Source of the DNA: Escherichia phage vB_EcoP-101118UKE1
Reading direction: 5' to 3' (one strand)
Length of the DNA stretch: 40,233 bases
Sequence record: MZ234021.1
The position numbers were made by a program, and so were the translations under genes. Below the pieces are notes generated by a model that saw only the letters and a program-made list of their open reading frames with translations, was not told the DNA's origin and did not search any database. The stretch's first letter is position 1. Every line of letters begins with the position of its first letter. Of this stretch, positions 28,494-36,932 are shown one piece after another.

Positions 28494-30062
28494 ATGGCTG
28501 AACGTGAAGGGTTCGCTGCTGAAGGCGCTAAGTCAGTTTATGATAGATTGAAGAACGGACGACAGCCTTACGAGACCCGCGCACAGAACTGTGCTGCTGT
28601 CACTATCCCGTCACTGTTTCCTAAGGAATCAGACAACTCGTCTACTGAATATACCACTCCGTGGCAAGCTGTAGGTGCTCGCTGCTTGAACAACTTGGCT
28701 GCAAAGCTGATGTTGGCGTTATTCCCTCAGTCACCGTGGATGCGACTGACAGTCTCCGAATATGAGGCCAAGACCTTGAGTCAGGACTCAGAGGCTGCTG
28801 CTCGTGTTGACGAAGGGCTTGCTATGGTCGAGCGTGTGTTGATGGCCTACATGGAGACTAACAGTTTCCGTGTGCCATTGTTCGAAGCTCTGAAGCAGCT
28901 TATCGTCTCCGGTAACTGTCTGCTTTACATTCCAGAGCCTGAACAGGGTACTTACAGTCCGATGCGGATGTACCGCTTAGTGTCTTACGTTGTTCAACGT
29001 GATGCGTTCGGTAACATCTTGCAGATTGTGACTCTCGACAAGGTAGCTTTCAGTGCTCTACCGGAAGACGTGAAGTCTCAACTCAATGCAGACGACTATG
29101 AGCCTGACACCGAGCTTGAAGTGTATACGCACATCTACCGTCAAGACGACGAGTATCTACGCTACGAGGAAGTGGAAGGGATTGAGGTAGCAGGGACCGA
29201 TGGTTCCTACCCGCTGACTGCATGTCCGTACATCCCGGTACGAATGGTTCGACTGGATGGTGAAGACTACGGTCGTTCTTACTGCGAGGAGTATCTGGGC
29301 GACCTTAACTCGCTGGAGACGATTACAGAAGCTATCACCAAAATGGCTAAGGTAGCCTCCAAGGTGGTGGGACTCGTTAACCCGAACGGTATCACGCAAC
29401 CTCGACGTCTGAACAAGGCGGCTACAGGTGAGTTCGTGGCTGGTCGCGTTGAGGACATCAACTTCCTGCAACTGACGAAAGGTCAGGACTTTACGATTGC
29501 CAAGTCGGTGGCTGACGCTATCGAGCAACGTTTAGGCTGGGCCTTCCTTCTTAATAGTGCTGTTCAGCGTAATGCAGAGCGTGTCACTGCTGAAGAGATT
29601 CGTTATGTTGCTGGCGAACTGGAGGCGACATTAGGTGGCGTGTACTCAGTACAGTCACAAGAGCTTCAGTTACCTATCGTCCGTGTGCTGATGAACCAGC
29701 TTCAGTCTGCTGGCATGATTCCTGACCTTCCGAAAGAAGCGGTAGAGCCTACGGTCTCCACTGGTCTTGAAGCGTTAGGCCGTGGTCAAGACTTAGAGAA
29801 GCTGACTCAGGCAGTCAACATGATGACCGGGCTACAGCCTCTTGCTCAGGACCCAGACATTAACTTGCCTACCCTGAAGCTGCGACTGCTGAATGCCTTA
29901 GGCATTGACACCGCTGGTCTACTCCTTACGCAGGACGAGAAGATTCAGCGCATGGCTGAACAGTCGTCTCAACAGGCAGTAGTCCAAGGTGCTGGTGCTG
30001 CTGGTGCCAACATGGGCGCTGCTGTAGGTCAGGGAGCTGGTGAGGACATGGCTCAAGCCTAA
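28494..30062 (+). CDS. Portal (head-to-tail connector) protein gp8
   Basis: 522 aa, AAGGAGGTGA RBS; position and size as T7 gp8. Confidence 0.95.
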   Translation: MAEREGFAAEGAKSVYDRLKNGRQPYETRAQNCAAVTIPSLFPKESDNSSTEYTTPWQAVGARCLNNLAAKLMLALFPQSPWMRLTVSEYEAKTLSQDSEAAARVDEGLAMVERVLMAYMETNSFRVPLFEALKQLIVSGNCLLYIPEPEQGTYSPMRMYRLVSYVVQRDAFGNILQIVTLDKVAFSALPEDVKSQLNADDYEPDTELEVYTHIYRQDDEYLRYEEVEGIEVAGTDGSYPLTACPYIPVRMVRLDGEDYGRSYCEEYLGDLNSLETITEAITKMAKVASKVVGLVNPNGITQPRRLNKAATGEFVAGRVEDINFLQLTKGQDFTIAKSVADAIEQRLGWAFLLNSAVQRNAERVTAEEIRYVAGELEATLGGVYSVQSQELQLPIVRVLMNQLQSAGMIPDLPKEAVEPTVSTGLEALGRGQDLEKLTQAVNMMTGLQPLAQDPDINLPTLKLRLLNALGIDTAGLLLTQDEKIQRMAEQSSQQAVVQGAGAAGANMGAAVGQGAGEDMAQA

Positions 30063-30080
30063 ACTATCACTATAGGAACA
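30058..30080 (+). promoter_or_regulatory. Phage RNAP promoter (phi9-type), +1 at 30075
   Basis: CCTAAACTATCACTATA/GGAACA, overlaps gp8 stop. Confidence 0.85.
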
Positions 30081-30156
30081 ACACCGTAAGTCCAACTCTA
30101 GGTGAGTCAACTAGACGAGGCAGGTGTTACCTATTAACTACCAAAGGAGAGACTTA

Positions 30157-31041
30157 ATGTCCCAATCAGTTTATGCCGAGTTCGGCGTTAGTCCTAATGC
30201 AATCACTGGTTCCGTTGAGGACCTGAACGAACACCAGAAGTCTATGCTTGAACAGGACGTAGCTGTTCGTGATGGCGATGACGCTATTACCTTCAAGCAA
30301 CTGGAAGCCGAAAACGAAGAGGCGACCGAAGAAGACGAGAACGTCGAAGAGACTGAGGGTGCTGAAGACAACGAGTCCGATGACGAAGAGTCTGAGACCG
30401 ATGGTGAGCAGCCGGAGTTCATCGAACTAGGTGATGCGCCGAAAGAGCTGACCGAAAGTGTCACCGCTCTGGATGAAAACGAAGCTGCATTTGACGACAT
30501 GGTGTCTTCCGCTGTAGAAGCTGGCAAGGTCACTGCTGATGAAATTACCGCTATCAAGGCTGAATACGCCAAGGACGGTAAGCTATCTGACGCATCCTAC
30601 GCTAAGTTGCAGGAAGCAGGTTACACCAAGCGTTTCGTAGATTCGTTTGTACGTGGTCAGGAAGCTCTGGCTGAACAGTATGCTGCTGGTGTGGTTCGCT
30701 ATGCTGGTGGTGCTGAACAGTTTAATCGAATCCTGTCACACCTTGAGTCCAACGACCCGTCAACTCGTGAAGCACTGGAAGCTGCTATCGTTCGTAAGGA
30801 CATTGCGACTACCAAAGCTCTGCTGAATCTTGCTGGAAAGACACTTGGCAAAGCTGTAGGCGTTAAACCTCAGCGTACAATCACCACTCAGGCTAAACCT
30901 GTGGTAGCACCTAAGGCTCCTCAGACCGAAGCATTCAGCTCTAAGGCTGACATGATTAAGGCTATGAGTGACCCGCGATACCTGCGTGACGCTAAGTACA
31001 CGATGGAAGTTCGCGCTAAGGTAGCTGCCTCAAGCCTGTAG
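30157..31041 (+). CDS. Capsid assembly scaffolding protein gp9
   Basis: AAGGAGAG RBS before ATG 30157; acidic, FVRGQEALAEQY and KAMSDPRY motifs as in T7 gp9. Confidence 0.85.
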   Translation: MSQSVYAEFGVSPNAITGSVEDLNEHQKSMLEQDVAVRDGDDAITFKQLEAENEEATEEDENVEETEGAEDNESDDEESETDGEQPEFIELGDAPKELTESVTALDENEAAFDDMVSSAVEAGKVTADEITAIKAEYAKDGKLSDASYAKLQEAGYTKRFVDSFVRGQEALAEQYAAGVVRYAGGAEQFNRILSHLESNDPSTREALEAAIVRKDIATTKALLNLAGKTLGKAVGVKPQRTITTQAKPVVAPKAPQTEAFSSKADMIKAMSDPRYLRDAKYTMEVRAKVAASSL

Positions 31042-31044
31042 TTG

Positions 31045-31067
31045 ACTAAACTATCACTATAGGGAGA
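31045..31067 (+). promoter_or_regulatory. Phage RNAP promoter (phi10-type, major capsid), +1 at 31062
   Basis: ACTAAACTATCACTATA/GGGAGA, the only copy with the full GGGAGA start. Confidence 0.9.
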
Positions 31068-31169
31068 CCAAGAGACAGACTCAAGGTTTCCCTATTACTT
31101 CAGTCCATACGGATTGGGCATACAGTAAGTAATAAACTTTATCTTTCAATTGAATAGGAGAATTATCAT

Positions 31170-32219
31170 ATGGCAAACGTTCCGGGTCAGAAAGTTGGTA
31201 CAGACCAAGGTAAAGGCAAATCTGGTTCCGACGCTCTGGCGTTGTTCCTGAAGGTCTTTGCTGGCGAAGTCCTGACAGCATTCACTCGCCGCTCTGTAAC
31301 TGCTGACAAGCATATTGTCCGTACCATTCAGAACGGTAAGTCTGCTCAGTTCCCGGTCATGGGTCGCACCTCTGGTGTGTATCTGGCTCCGGGTGAGCGA
31401 CTGTCCGATAAGCGTAAAGGTATCAAACATACCGAGAAAGTGATTACCATTGATGGTCTGCTGACTGCCGATGTGATGATTTTCGACATTGAAGACGCGA
31501 TGAACCACTATGACGTGGCTGGCGAGTACTCCAACCAGTTGGGCGAAGCTCTGGCTATCGCTGCCGATGGTGCGGTACTGGCTGAGATGGCTATTCTGTG
31601 TAACCTACCGGCTGCATCTGATGAAAACATCGCTGGTCTTGGCAAAGCGTCTGTGCTGGAAGTTGGTACTAAAGCAGACCTGAACACTCCGGCTAAGCTG
31701 GGTGAAGCAATCATCGGTCAACTGACCATTGCTCGTGCGAAGCTGACATCCAACTACGTTCCTGCTGGCGACCGTTACTTCTACACCACGCCGGACAACT
31801 ACTCTGCAATCCTCGCGGCTCTGATGCCGAACGCTGCTAACTATGCTGCGCTGATTGACCCAGAGACTGGTAACATCCGTAACGTAATGGGCTTCGTGGT
31901 TGTTGAAGTTCCACACTTGACTCAGGGTGGTGCTGGGGAAACTCGTGGTGCCGATGGTATCGCTATTGCGACTGGTCAGAAGCACGCCTTCCCAGCTACT
32001 GCTACTGGTGATGTTAAAGTTGCTCTGGACAACGTTGTGGGCCTGTTCTCTCACCGTTCTGCTGTAGGTACTGTTAAGCTGCGTGACTTGGCGCTGGAAC
32101 GTGACCGTGACGTCGATGCTCAGGGCGACCTGATTGTTGGTAAGTACGCTATGGGTCACGGTGGTCTGCGTCCAGAAGCAGCAGGCGCACTGGTTTTCAC
32201 AGCGGCGTCAGCGGGTTAA
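31170..32219 (+). CDS. Major capsid protein gp10A
   Basis: 349 aa; FLKVF.GEVLTAF, KHTEKVITIDGLLTADV, YAALIDPE, HRSAVGTVKLRDLALER match T7 gp10. Confidence 0.97.
   Translation: MANVPGQKVGTDQGKGKSGSDALALFLKVFAGEVLTAFTRRSVTADKHIVRTIQNGKSAQFPVMGRTSGVYLAPGERLSDKRKGIKHTEKVITIDGLLTADVMIFDIEDAMNHYDVAGEYSNQLGEALAIAADGAVLAEMAILCNLPAASDENIAGLGKASVLEVGTKADLNTPAKLGEAIIGQLTIARAKLTSNYVPAGDRYFYTTPDNYSAILAALMPNAANYAALIDPETGNIRNVMGFVVVEVPHLTQGGAGETRGADGIAIATGQKHAFPATATGDVKVALDNVVGLFSHRSAVGTVKLRDLALERDRDVDAQGDLIVGKYAMGHGGLRPEAAGALVFTAASAG
32192..32198 (+). promoter_or_regulatory. Putative -1 programmed ribosomal frameshift site in capsid gene
   Basis: G GTT TTC heptamer eight codons before the 10A stop, same motif and position as in T7 gene 10; -1 frame open to 32482. 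Confidence 0.5.
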
Positions 32220-32482
32220 CGACCTTTAAGGCCCTCTCTACAGAGGGTCCTACCTTAGAGACGTATAGTTCTACGGTGGGAACCAGCCTGAAGGTTGACT
32301 TCCCTGAGCTTTCAGATGTGACCGATTGGTCGCTGCTTGAGGTGACTACGCCTGATGGTGTTAGCTACTCCCGTAGAACCAACAGTCTCTACTTCAAGGC
32401 CACCTCTGGCGTGGAAGGTCTGGTGATTGTTGGGTATGACGGGACGCCTGTGCGTTCCTTCAACGTATCTTTCACAAACTAA
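32198..32482 (+). CDS. C-terminal extension of minor capsid protein gp10B, reached by -1 frameshift from gene 10A
   Basis: -1 frame is open from 32144 to stop at 32482; conserved GGTTTTC heptamer 32192-32198 as at the T7 10A/10B shift site. Confidence 0.55.
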   Translation, partial: HSGVSGLTTFKALSTEGPTLETYSSTVGTSLKVDFPELSDVTDWSLLEVTTPDGVSYSRRTNSLYFKATSGVEGLVIVGYDGTPVRSFNVSFTN

Positions 32483-32488
32483 TTGAAA

Positions 32489-32526
32489 CCCCTTGGGTGC
32501 CTTCGGGTGCTTGAGGGGTTTTTTTT
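32489..32526 (+). terminator. Tphi-like late terminator after capsid gene
   Basis: CCCCTTGGGTGC-CTTCGG-GTGCTTGAGGGG stem-loop followed by TTTTTTTT, closely resembling T7 Tphi. Confidence 0.9.
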
Positions 32527-32540
32527 CTTAAGGAGGGACT

Positions 32541-32630
32541 ATGGTCCTTATTTACACAGGGTTAGCACTATTCGTCTTATTCTGGGCGTACCTGCTGTCC
32601 AGCTCACCGTCTAGCGCCTATGACCGTTAA
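32541..32630 (+). CDS. Possible small hydrophobic peptide (29 aa)
   Basis: AGGAGGG 32531-32537 just after Tphi; MVLIYTGLALFVLFWAYLL; may be non-coding. Confidence 0.25.
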   Translation: MVLIYTGLALFVLFWAYLLSSSPSSAYDR

Positions 32631-32641
32631 GGAGTAAACCT

Positions 32642-33208
32642 ATGGCTCAATACATTCCACTGAATGCTAACGATGACTTAGATGCCATCAACGATATGTT
32701 AGCAGCTATCGGTGAACCAGCAGTCCTACAGCTTGACGAAGGTAACGCTGACGTCTCGAACGCTCAACGTATCCTGCATCGTGTCAATCGTCAGGTCCAA
32801 GCTAAAGGCTGGAACTTTAACATCAACGAAGCTGCTGTCCTGACACCTGATGTCCAAGACAATAGGATTCGATTCCTGCCGTCTTACCTTCGGGTCATGA
32901 CTGCTGGTGCTACCAGTTACTACAGCAACATGGGGGGCTATCTCTATGACCTGTCCACTCAGTCCACGACCTTCACTGGACCAATTACAGTCGAACTGGT
33001 GGAGATGAAACCGTTCGCTGAGATGCCTGTAGTATTCCGTGACTACATCGTTACCAAGGCCAGCCGTGAGTTCAACGCTAAGTTCTTCGGTAGCCCAGAG
33101 TCTGAACTGTACCTTCGTGAGCAGGAAGCAGAACTCTATCAGCAGGTCATGGAATACGAGATGGATACTGGTCGCTACAACATGATGTCAGACATCGGGA
33201 GGGACTAA
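32642..33208 (+). CDS. Tail tubular protein A (gp11)
   Basis: AAGGAG RBS; INDMLAAIGEP, GWNFNINEA, YEMD motifs as in T7 gp11. Confidence 0.92.
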   Translation: MAQYIPLNANDDLDAINDMLAAIGEPAVLQLDEGNADVSNAQRILHRVNRQVQAKGWNFNINEAAVLTPDVQDNRIRFLPSYLRVMTAGATSYYSNMGGYLYDLSTQSTTFTGPITVELVEMKPFAEMPVVFRDYIVTKASREFNAKFFGSPESELYLREQEAELYQQVMEYEMDTGRYNMMSDIGRD

Positions 33209-33435
33209 TGGCTAGTCACAACCTGAAGATTCACCGCCAGCACTTTGGTCTGGTACAACTAGGTCTAAAGACAGCAGAGCTGAGACTTAACGACCGGGAC
33301 TTTAAGGTTGGCGACTGGCTTATCCTGAATGAGTGGGACAACGGGTATACTGGACAACAGGTAGCGCGTAAGGTTGTCCACATTGCTGACGTTGGTGAGA
33401 TCGCTGAGGGATATGTCCTAATGAGTATGATTTAA
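33208..33435 (+). CDS. Small ASCH/PUA-like protein (DUF3850-like?), inserted between gp11 and gp12
   Basis: GGGAGGG RBS, TAATG overlap with gp11 stop; LKIHRQHF...KTAELRLNDRDFKVGDWLIL pattern. Confidence 0.55.
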   Translation: MASHNLKIHRQHFGLVQLGLKTAELRLNDRDFKVGDWLILNEWDNGYTGQQVARKVVHIADVGEIAEGYVLMSMI

Positions 33436-33444
33436 GGAGAGCCT

Positions 33445-35802
33445 ATGCCATTAATTACGCAAAGCATAAAAAATCTTAAAGGTGGTATTAGCCAACAGCC
33501 TGACATCCTGAGGTTCTCAGACCAAGGCGAGGCTCAAGTTAACTGCTGGTCATCCGAGAGTGATGGCCTCCAGAAGCGTCCACCTACAGTCTTCAAGCGA
33601 CGTCTTAACATCGACGTTGGGAGCAACCCTAAGTTCCACCTGATTAACCGTGATGAGCAGGAGCAGTATTACATCGTGTTCAACGGGTCCAACATTCAGG
33701 TAGTCGACTTGAGCGGTAATCAGTACTCAGTTTCAGGTGCGGTAGACTACGTTAAGTCGTCCAACCCGCGAGATGACATCCGTGTCGTTACAGTTGCAGA
33801 CTATACGTTCGTCGTTAACCGTAAGGTTGTCGTTAAAGGTGGAAGCGATAAGTCACACTCTGGTTATAATCGTAAAGCACGCGCTTTAATTAACCTGCGT
33901 GGTGGACAGTATGGTCGCACCCTTAAGGTAGGAATCAACGGAGGCGTTAAGGTTTCGCATAAGTTGCCAGCAGGTAATGATGCCGAGAATGACCCTCCTA
34001 AGGTTGATGCTCAGGCTATCGGTGCAGCTCTGAGAGACCTTCTTGTTGCTGCTTACCCTACCTTCACGTTCGACCTTGGGTCTGGATTCCTGTTAATCAC
34101 TGCCCCTTCAGGGACTGACATTAACTCAGTGGAGACGGAGGATGGCTACGCTAACCAGCTAATCAGCCCAGTACTCGACACGGTGCAAACAATCTCTAAG
34201 CTGCCTCTTGCAGCTCCAAATGGGTACATCATTAAGATTCAAGGTGAGACCAACAGTAGCGCCGATGAGTATTACGTGATGTATGACTCCAACACTAAGA
34301 CGTGGAAGGAGACAGTAGAGCCGGGAGTGGTCACTGGGTTCGATAACACCACAATGCCACATGCTCTGGTTAGACAATCTGACGGCTCCTTTGAGTTCAA
34401 GACTCTGGACTGGTCTAAGCGGGGTGCTGGTAATGATGACACAAACCCTATGCCTAGCTTCGTGGATGCTACGATTAACGATGTGTTCTTCTACAGGAAC
34501 AGGCTAGGGTTCTTGTCAGGAGAGAACGTAATCATGAGCCGTTCAGCCAGCTACTTTGCGTTCTTCCCTAAGAGTGTGGCGACATTGAGTGATGATGACC
34601 CTATTGACGTAGCTGTAAGTCACCCTAGAATCTCAATACTTAAGTATGCCGTTCCGTTTAGCGAGCAGCTACTACTTTGGTCAGATGAGGTGCAGTTCGT
34701 GATGACAAGCTCGGGGGTCCTTACCTCGAAGTCTATCCAGCTTGATGTAGGCTCAGAGTTTGCCTTAGAAGATAACGCCAGACCGTTCGCTGTAGGACGC
34801 TCAGTCTTCTTCTCAGCGCCTCGTGGGTCATTCACCAGTATTAAGCGATACTTCGCTGTAGCAGATGTGTCTGACGTGAAGGATGCCGATGATACCACTG
34901 GTCACGTACTGTCCTATATCCCTAACGGGGTGTTTGACATTCAAGGTACAGGGACTGAGAACTACATCTGCGTCAACTCCACAGGTGCATGCAACCGAAT
35001 CTACATCTACAAGTTCTTGTTTAAGGACGGCGTACAACTTCAAGCCTCTTGGTCGCACTGGGAGTTCCCTAAAGCTGATAAGATTCTGGCGTCTGCGTCG
35101 ATTGGCTCTACCATGTTCATTGTTCGTCAGCACCAAGGGGGTGTGGACATTGAGCACCTTAAGTTCATCAAGGAGGCAACCGACTTTCCATTAGAGCCGT
35201 ATAGACTCCACGTTGACTCTAAGGTGTCTATGGTAATACCAATTGGCTCATACAACGCTGACACCTATAAGACTACGGTTGACATTGGTTCTGCTTATGG
35301 TGGAAACGCTCCGTCTCCCGGTAGGTACTATCTGATTGACAGTCAGGGTGCCTACGTGGACCTTGGTGAATTGACCGACATCTCAACTGTGGCTGTACTC
35401 AATGGTGATTGGTCAGGACGTACAGTGTTCATCGGACGGTCTTATCTGATGTCCTACAAGTTCTCACGGTTCCTGATTAAGATTGAAGACGAGAGTGGCA
35501 CTCAGTCTGAAGACACTGGTCGTCTACAGCTTCGTCGTGCTTGGGTAAACTACAAGGACACTGGCGCTCTTAGACTCATTGTCAGAAACGGTGAGCGGGA
35601 GTTCGTGAACACCTTTAATGGGTACACCCTTGGTCAGCAAACCATAGGGACTACCAACATTGGGGATGGTCAGTATCGATTCGCTATGAATGGCAACGCA
35701 TTAACCACGAGTCTAACCTTAGAGTCCGACTATCCTACCCCGGTGTCCATCGTTGGGTGTGGCTGGGAGGCGTCATACGCTAAGAAAGCTCGTTCCGTCT
35801 AA
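33445..35802 (+). CDS. Tail tubular protein B (gp12)
   Basis: 785 aa; SIKNLKGGISQQPDILR, GFLSGENVIMSR, DDDPIDVAVS, LRRAWVNY, IVGCGWEA match T7 gp12. Confidence 0.95.
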   Translation: MPLITQSIKNLKGGISQQPDILRFSDQGEAQVNCWSSESDGLQKRPPTVFKRRLNIDVGSNPKFHLINRDEQEQYYIVFNGSNIQVVDLSGNQYSVSGAVDYVKSSNPRDDIRVVTVADYTFVVNRKVVVKGGSDKSHSGYNRKARALINLRGGQYGRTLKVGINGGVKVSHKLPAGNDAENDPPKVDAQAIGAALRDLLVAAYPTFTFDLGSGFLLITAPSGTDINSVETEDGYANQLISPVLDTVQTISKLPLAAPNGYIIKIQGETNSSADEYYVMYDSNTKTWKETVEPGVVTGFDNTTMPHALVRQSDGSFEFKTLDWSKRGAGNDDTNPMPSFVDATINDVFFYRNRLGFLSGENVIMSRSASYFAFFPKSVATLSDDDPIDVAVSHPRISILKYAVPFSEQLLLWSDEVQFVMTSSGVLTSKSIQLDVGSEFALEDNARPFAVGRSVFFSAPRGSFTSIKRYFAVADVSDVKDADDTTGHVLSYIPNGVFDIQGTGTENYICVNSTGACNRIYIYKFLFKDGVQLQASWSHWEFPKADKILASASIGSTMFIVRQHQGGVDIEHLKFIKEATDFPLEPYRLHVDSKVSMVIPIGSYNADTYKTTVDIGSAYGGNAPSPGRYYLIDSQGAYVDLGELTDISTVAVLNGDWSGRTVFIGRSYLMSYKFSRFLIKIEDESGTQSEDTGRLQLRRAWVNYKDTGALRLIVRNGEREFVNTFNGYTLGQQTIGTTNIGDGQYRFAMNGNALTTSLTLESDYPTPVSIVGCGWEASYAKKARSV

Positions 35803-35809
35803 CTTATTG

Positions 35810-35859
35810 AAGGGCCTATAGATTTACCTTAACTATCACTATAGGGACTATAGGCCCTT
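35810..35859 (+). repeat. 12-bp perfect inverted repeat bracketing the phi13-type promoter
   Basis: AAGGGCCTATAG 35810-35821 and CTATAGGCCCTT 35848-35859. Confidence 0.6.
35827..35849 (+). promoter_or_regulatory. Phage RNAP promoter (phi13-type), +1 at 35844
   Basis: CCTTAACTATCACTATA/GGGACT, flanked by a 12-bp inverted repeat. Confidence 0.85.
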
Positions 35860-35878
35860 AAGGTTATAAGGAGACTTT

Positions 35879-36349
35879 ATGTATATTCGCAAGGCTACGG
35901 AACAGGATGTCCACTACTTTCTGTGGCATCTTTCAGCAGATGATGTTAATGAGTGCAAAGCAAACTATGGGTCAACCGTTGGTCTCTCTGAAAGACTGCT
36001 TAAGCATCTATCTCCGTCATCTGTGGTTTTAACGAATGGTGTAGGCGAAGTGTTTGCCTATGGTGGAAACCAAGGGGATAACGTATGGTTCTTGACTTCC
36101 GGTCTTGTCCATAAGCTGAGACCTAAAGAGAAGCGGGAGTTCATAAAGCGTATCTCTGAGTACAGGGACTTAATGTTAGACCAATACGGGACCATCTGGA
36201 ACTACGTGTGGTCAGGCAATAAGTCTCACATTAAATTCTTGAAGTTGCTTGGGGCTAAATTCCATGATGATTGGACTGTCAGCCCGGTAACTGGTGAGCG
36301 TTTTCAATTATTCACTATCTCTAAGGAGGACGTATGTGTGAACCCGTAA
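35879..36349 (+). CDS. Internal virion protein gp13-like
   Basis: AAGGAG RBS; position downstream of phi13-type promoter. Confidence 0.7.
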   Translation: MYIRKATEQDVHYFLWHLSADDVNECKANYGSTVGLSERLLKHLSPSSVVLTNGVGEVFAYGGNQGDNVWFLTSGLVHKLRPKEKREFIKRISEYRDLMLDQYGTIWNYVWSGNKSHIKFLKLLGAKFHDDWTVSPVTGERFQLFTISKEDVCVNP

Positions 36350-36921
36350 GTATCGGCATGGGTATCATGGCTGTAGCCGGGGCCACTATGTCCGCATCCC
36401 AGCAGGCCAAGGCCGAAGGTGCAGCAATTGACGCTCAGAACCGACAGGCTCAGGAAATGGTTAAGCAGATGAACTACTCTGACGCCAACCTGAGGATGCA
36501 GGAGCGAGACCTGAAGGAGCAGCAGATGGCTGAACTGACAGAGACCACGCTCAACGGTATCCGAAATCAGGGTATGGTACGAGCTGCGGTGGCTGAGTCC
36601 GGTCTGGAAGGTAACTCTATGGACAGGATTGAACGTCAGGTCGAAGGGGATACAGTCAAGGAGCGAGCAGGGATTACAGAAAGTTACAACCGCGACTATG
36701 CGGCTATCTTCGGGAACCGTATCGCCAACATTGAGAACACCAAGTCTGCTATCCGTGGTCATGGTAAAATTATCAAGACCAGCCCACTGGCTCATGCACT
36801 TAATGTTGCAAGCGCCGGGATGCAGGGGTACGCTGCTGGTAAGTCAATCTCTGGGGCATCAAGCTCTGGTGGTGCTGCACCGATTAGTGCTGCTAAAGGC
36901 ACACCTACAGGTCATAGCTAA
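36334..36921 (+). CDS. Internal virion protein B (gp14)
   Basis: 195 aa; MC.. start, NGIRNQGMVRAAVAESGLEGNSMDRIER resembles T7 gp14. Confidence 0.85.
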   Translation: MCEPVSIGMGIMAVAGATMSASQQAKAEGAAIDAQNRQAQEMVKQMNYSDANLRMQERDLKEQQMAELTETTLNGIRNQGMVRAAVAESGLEGNSMDRIERQVEGDTVKERAGITESYNRDYAAIFGNRIANIENTKSAIRGHGKIIKTSPLAHALNVASAGMQGYAAGKSISGASSSGGAAPISAAKGTPTGHS

Positions 36922-36932
36922 GAGGAGGACTA

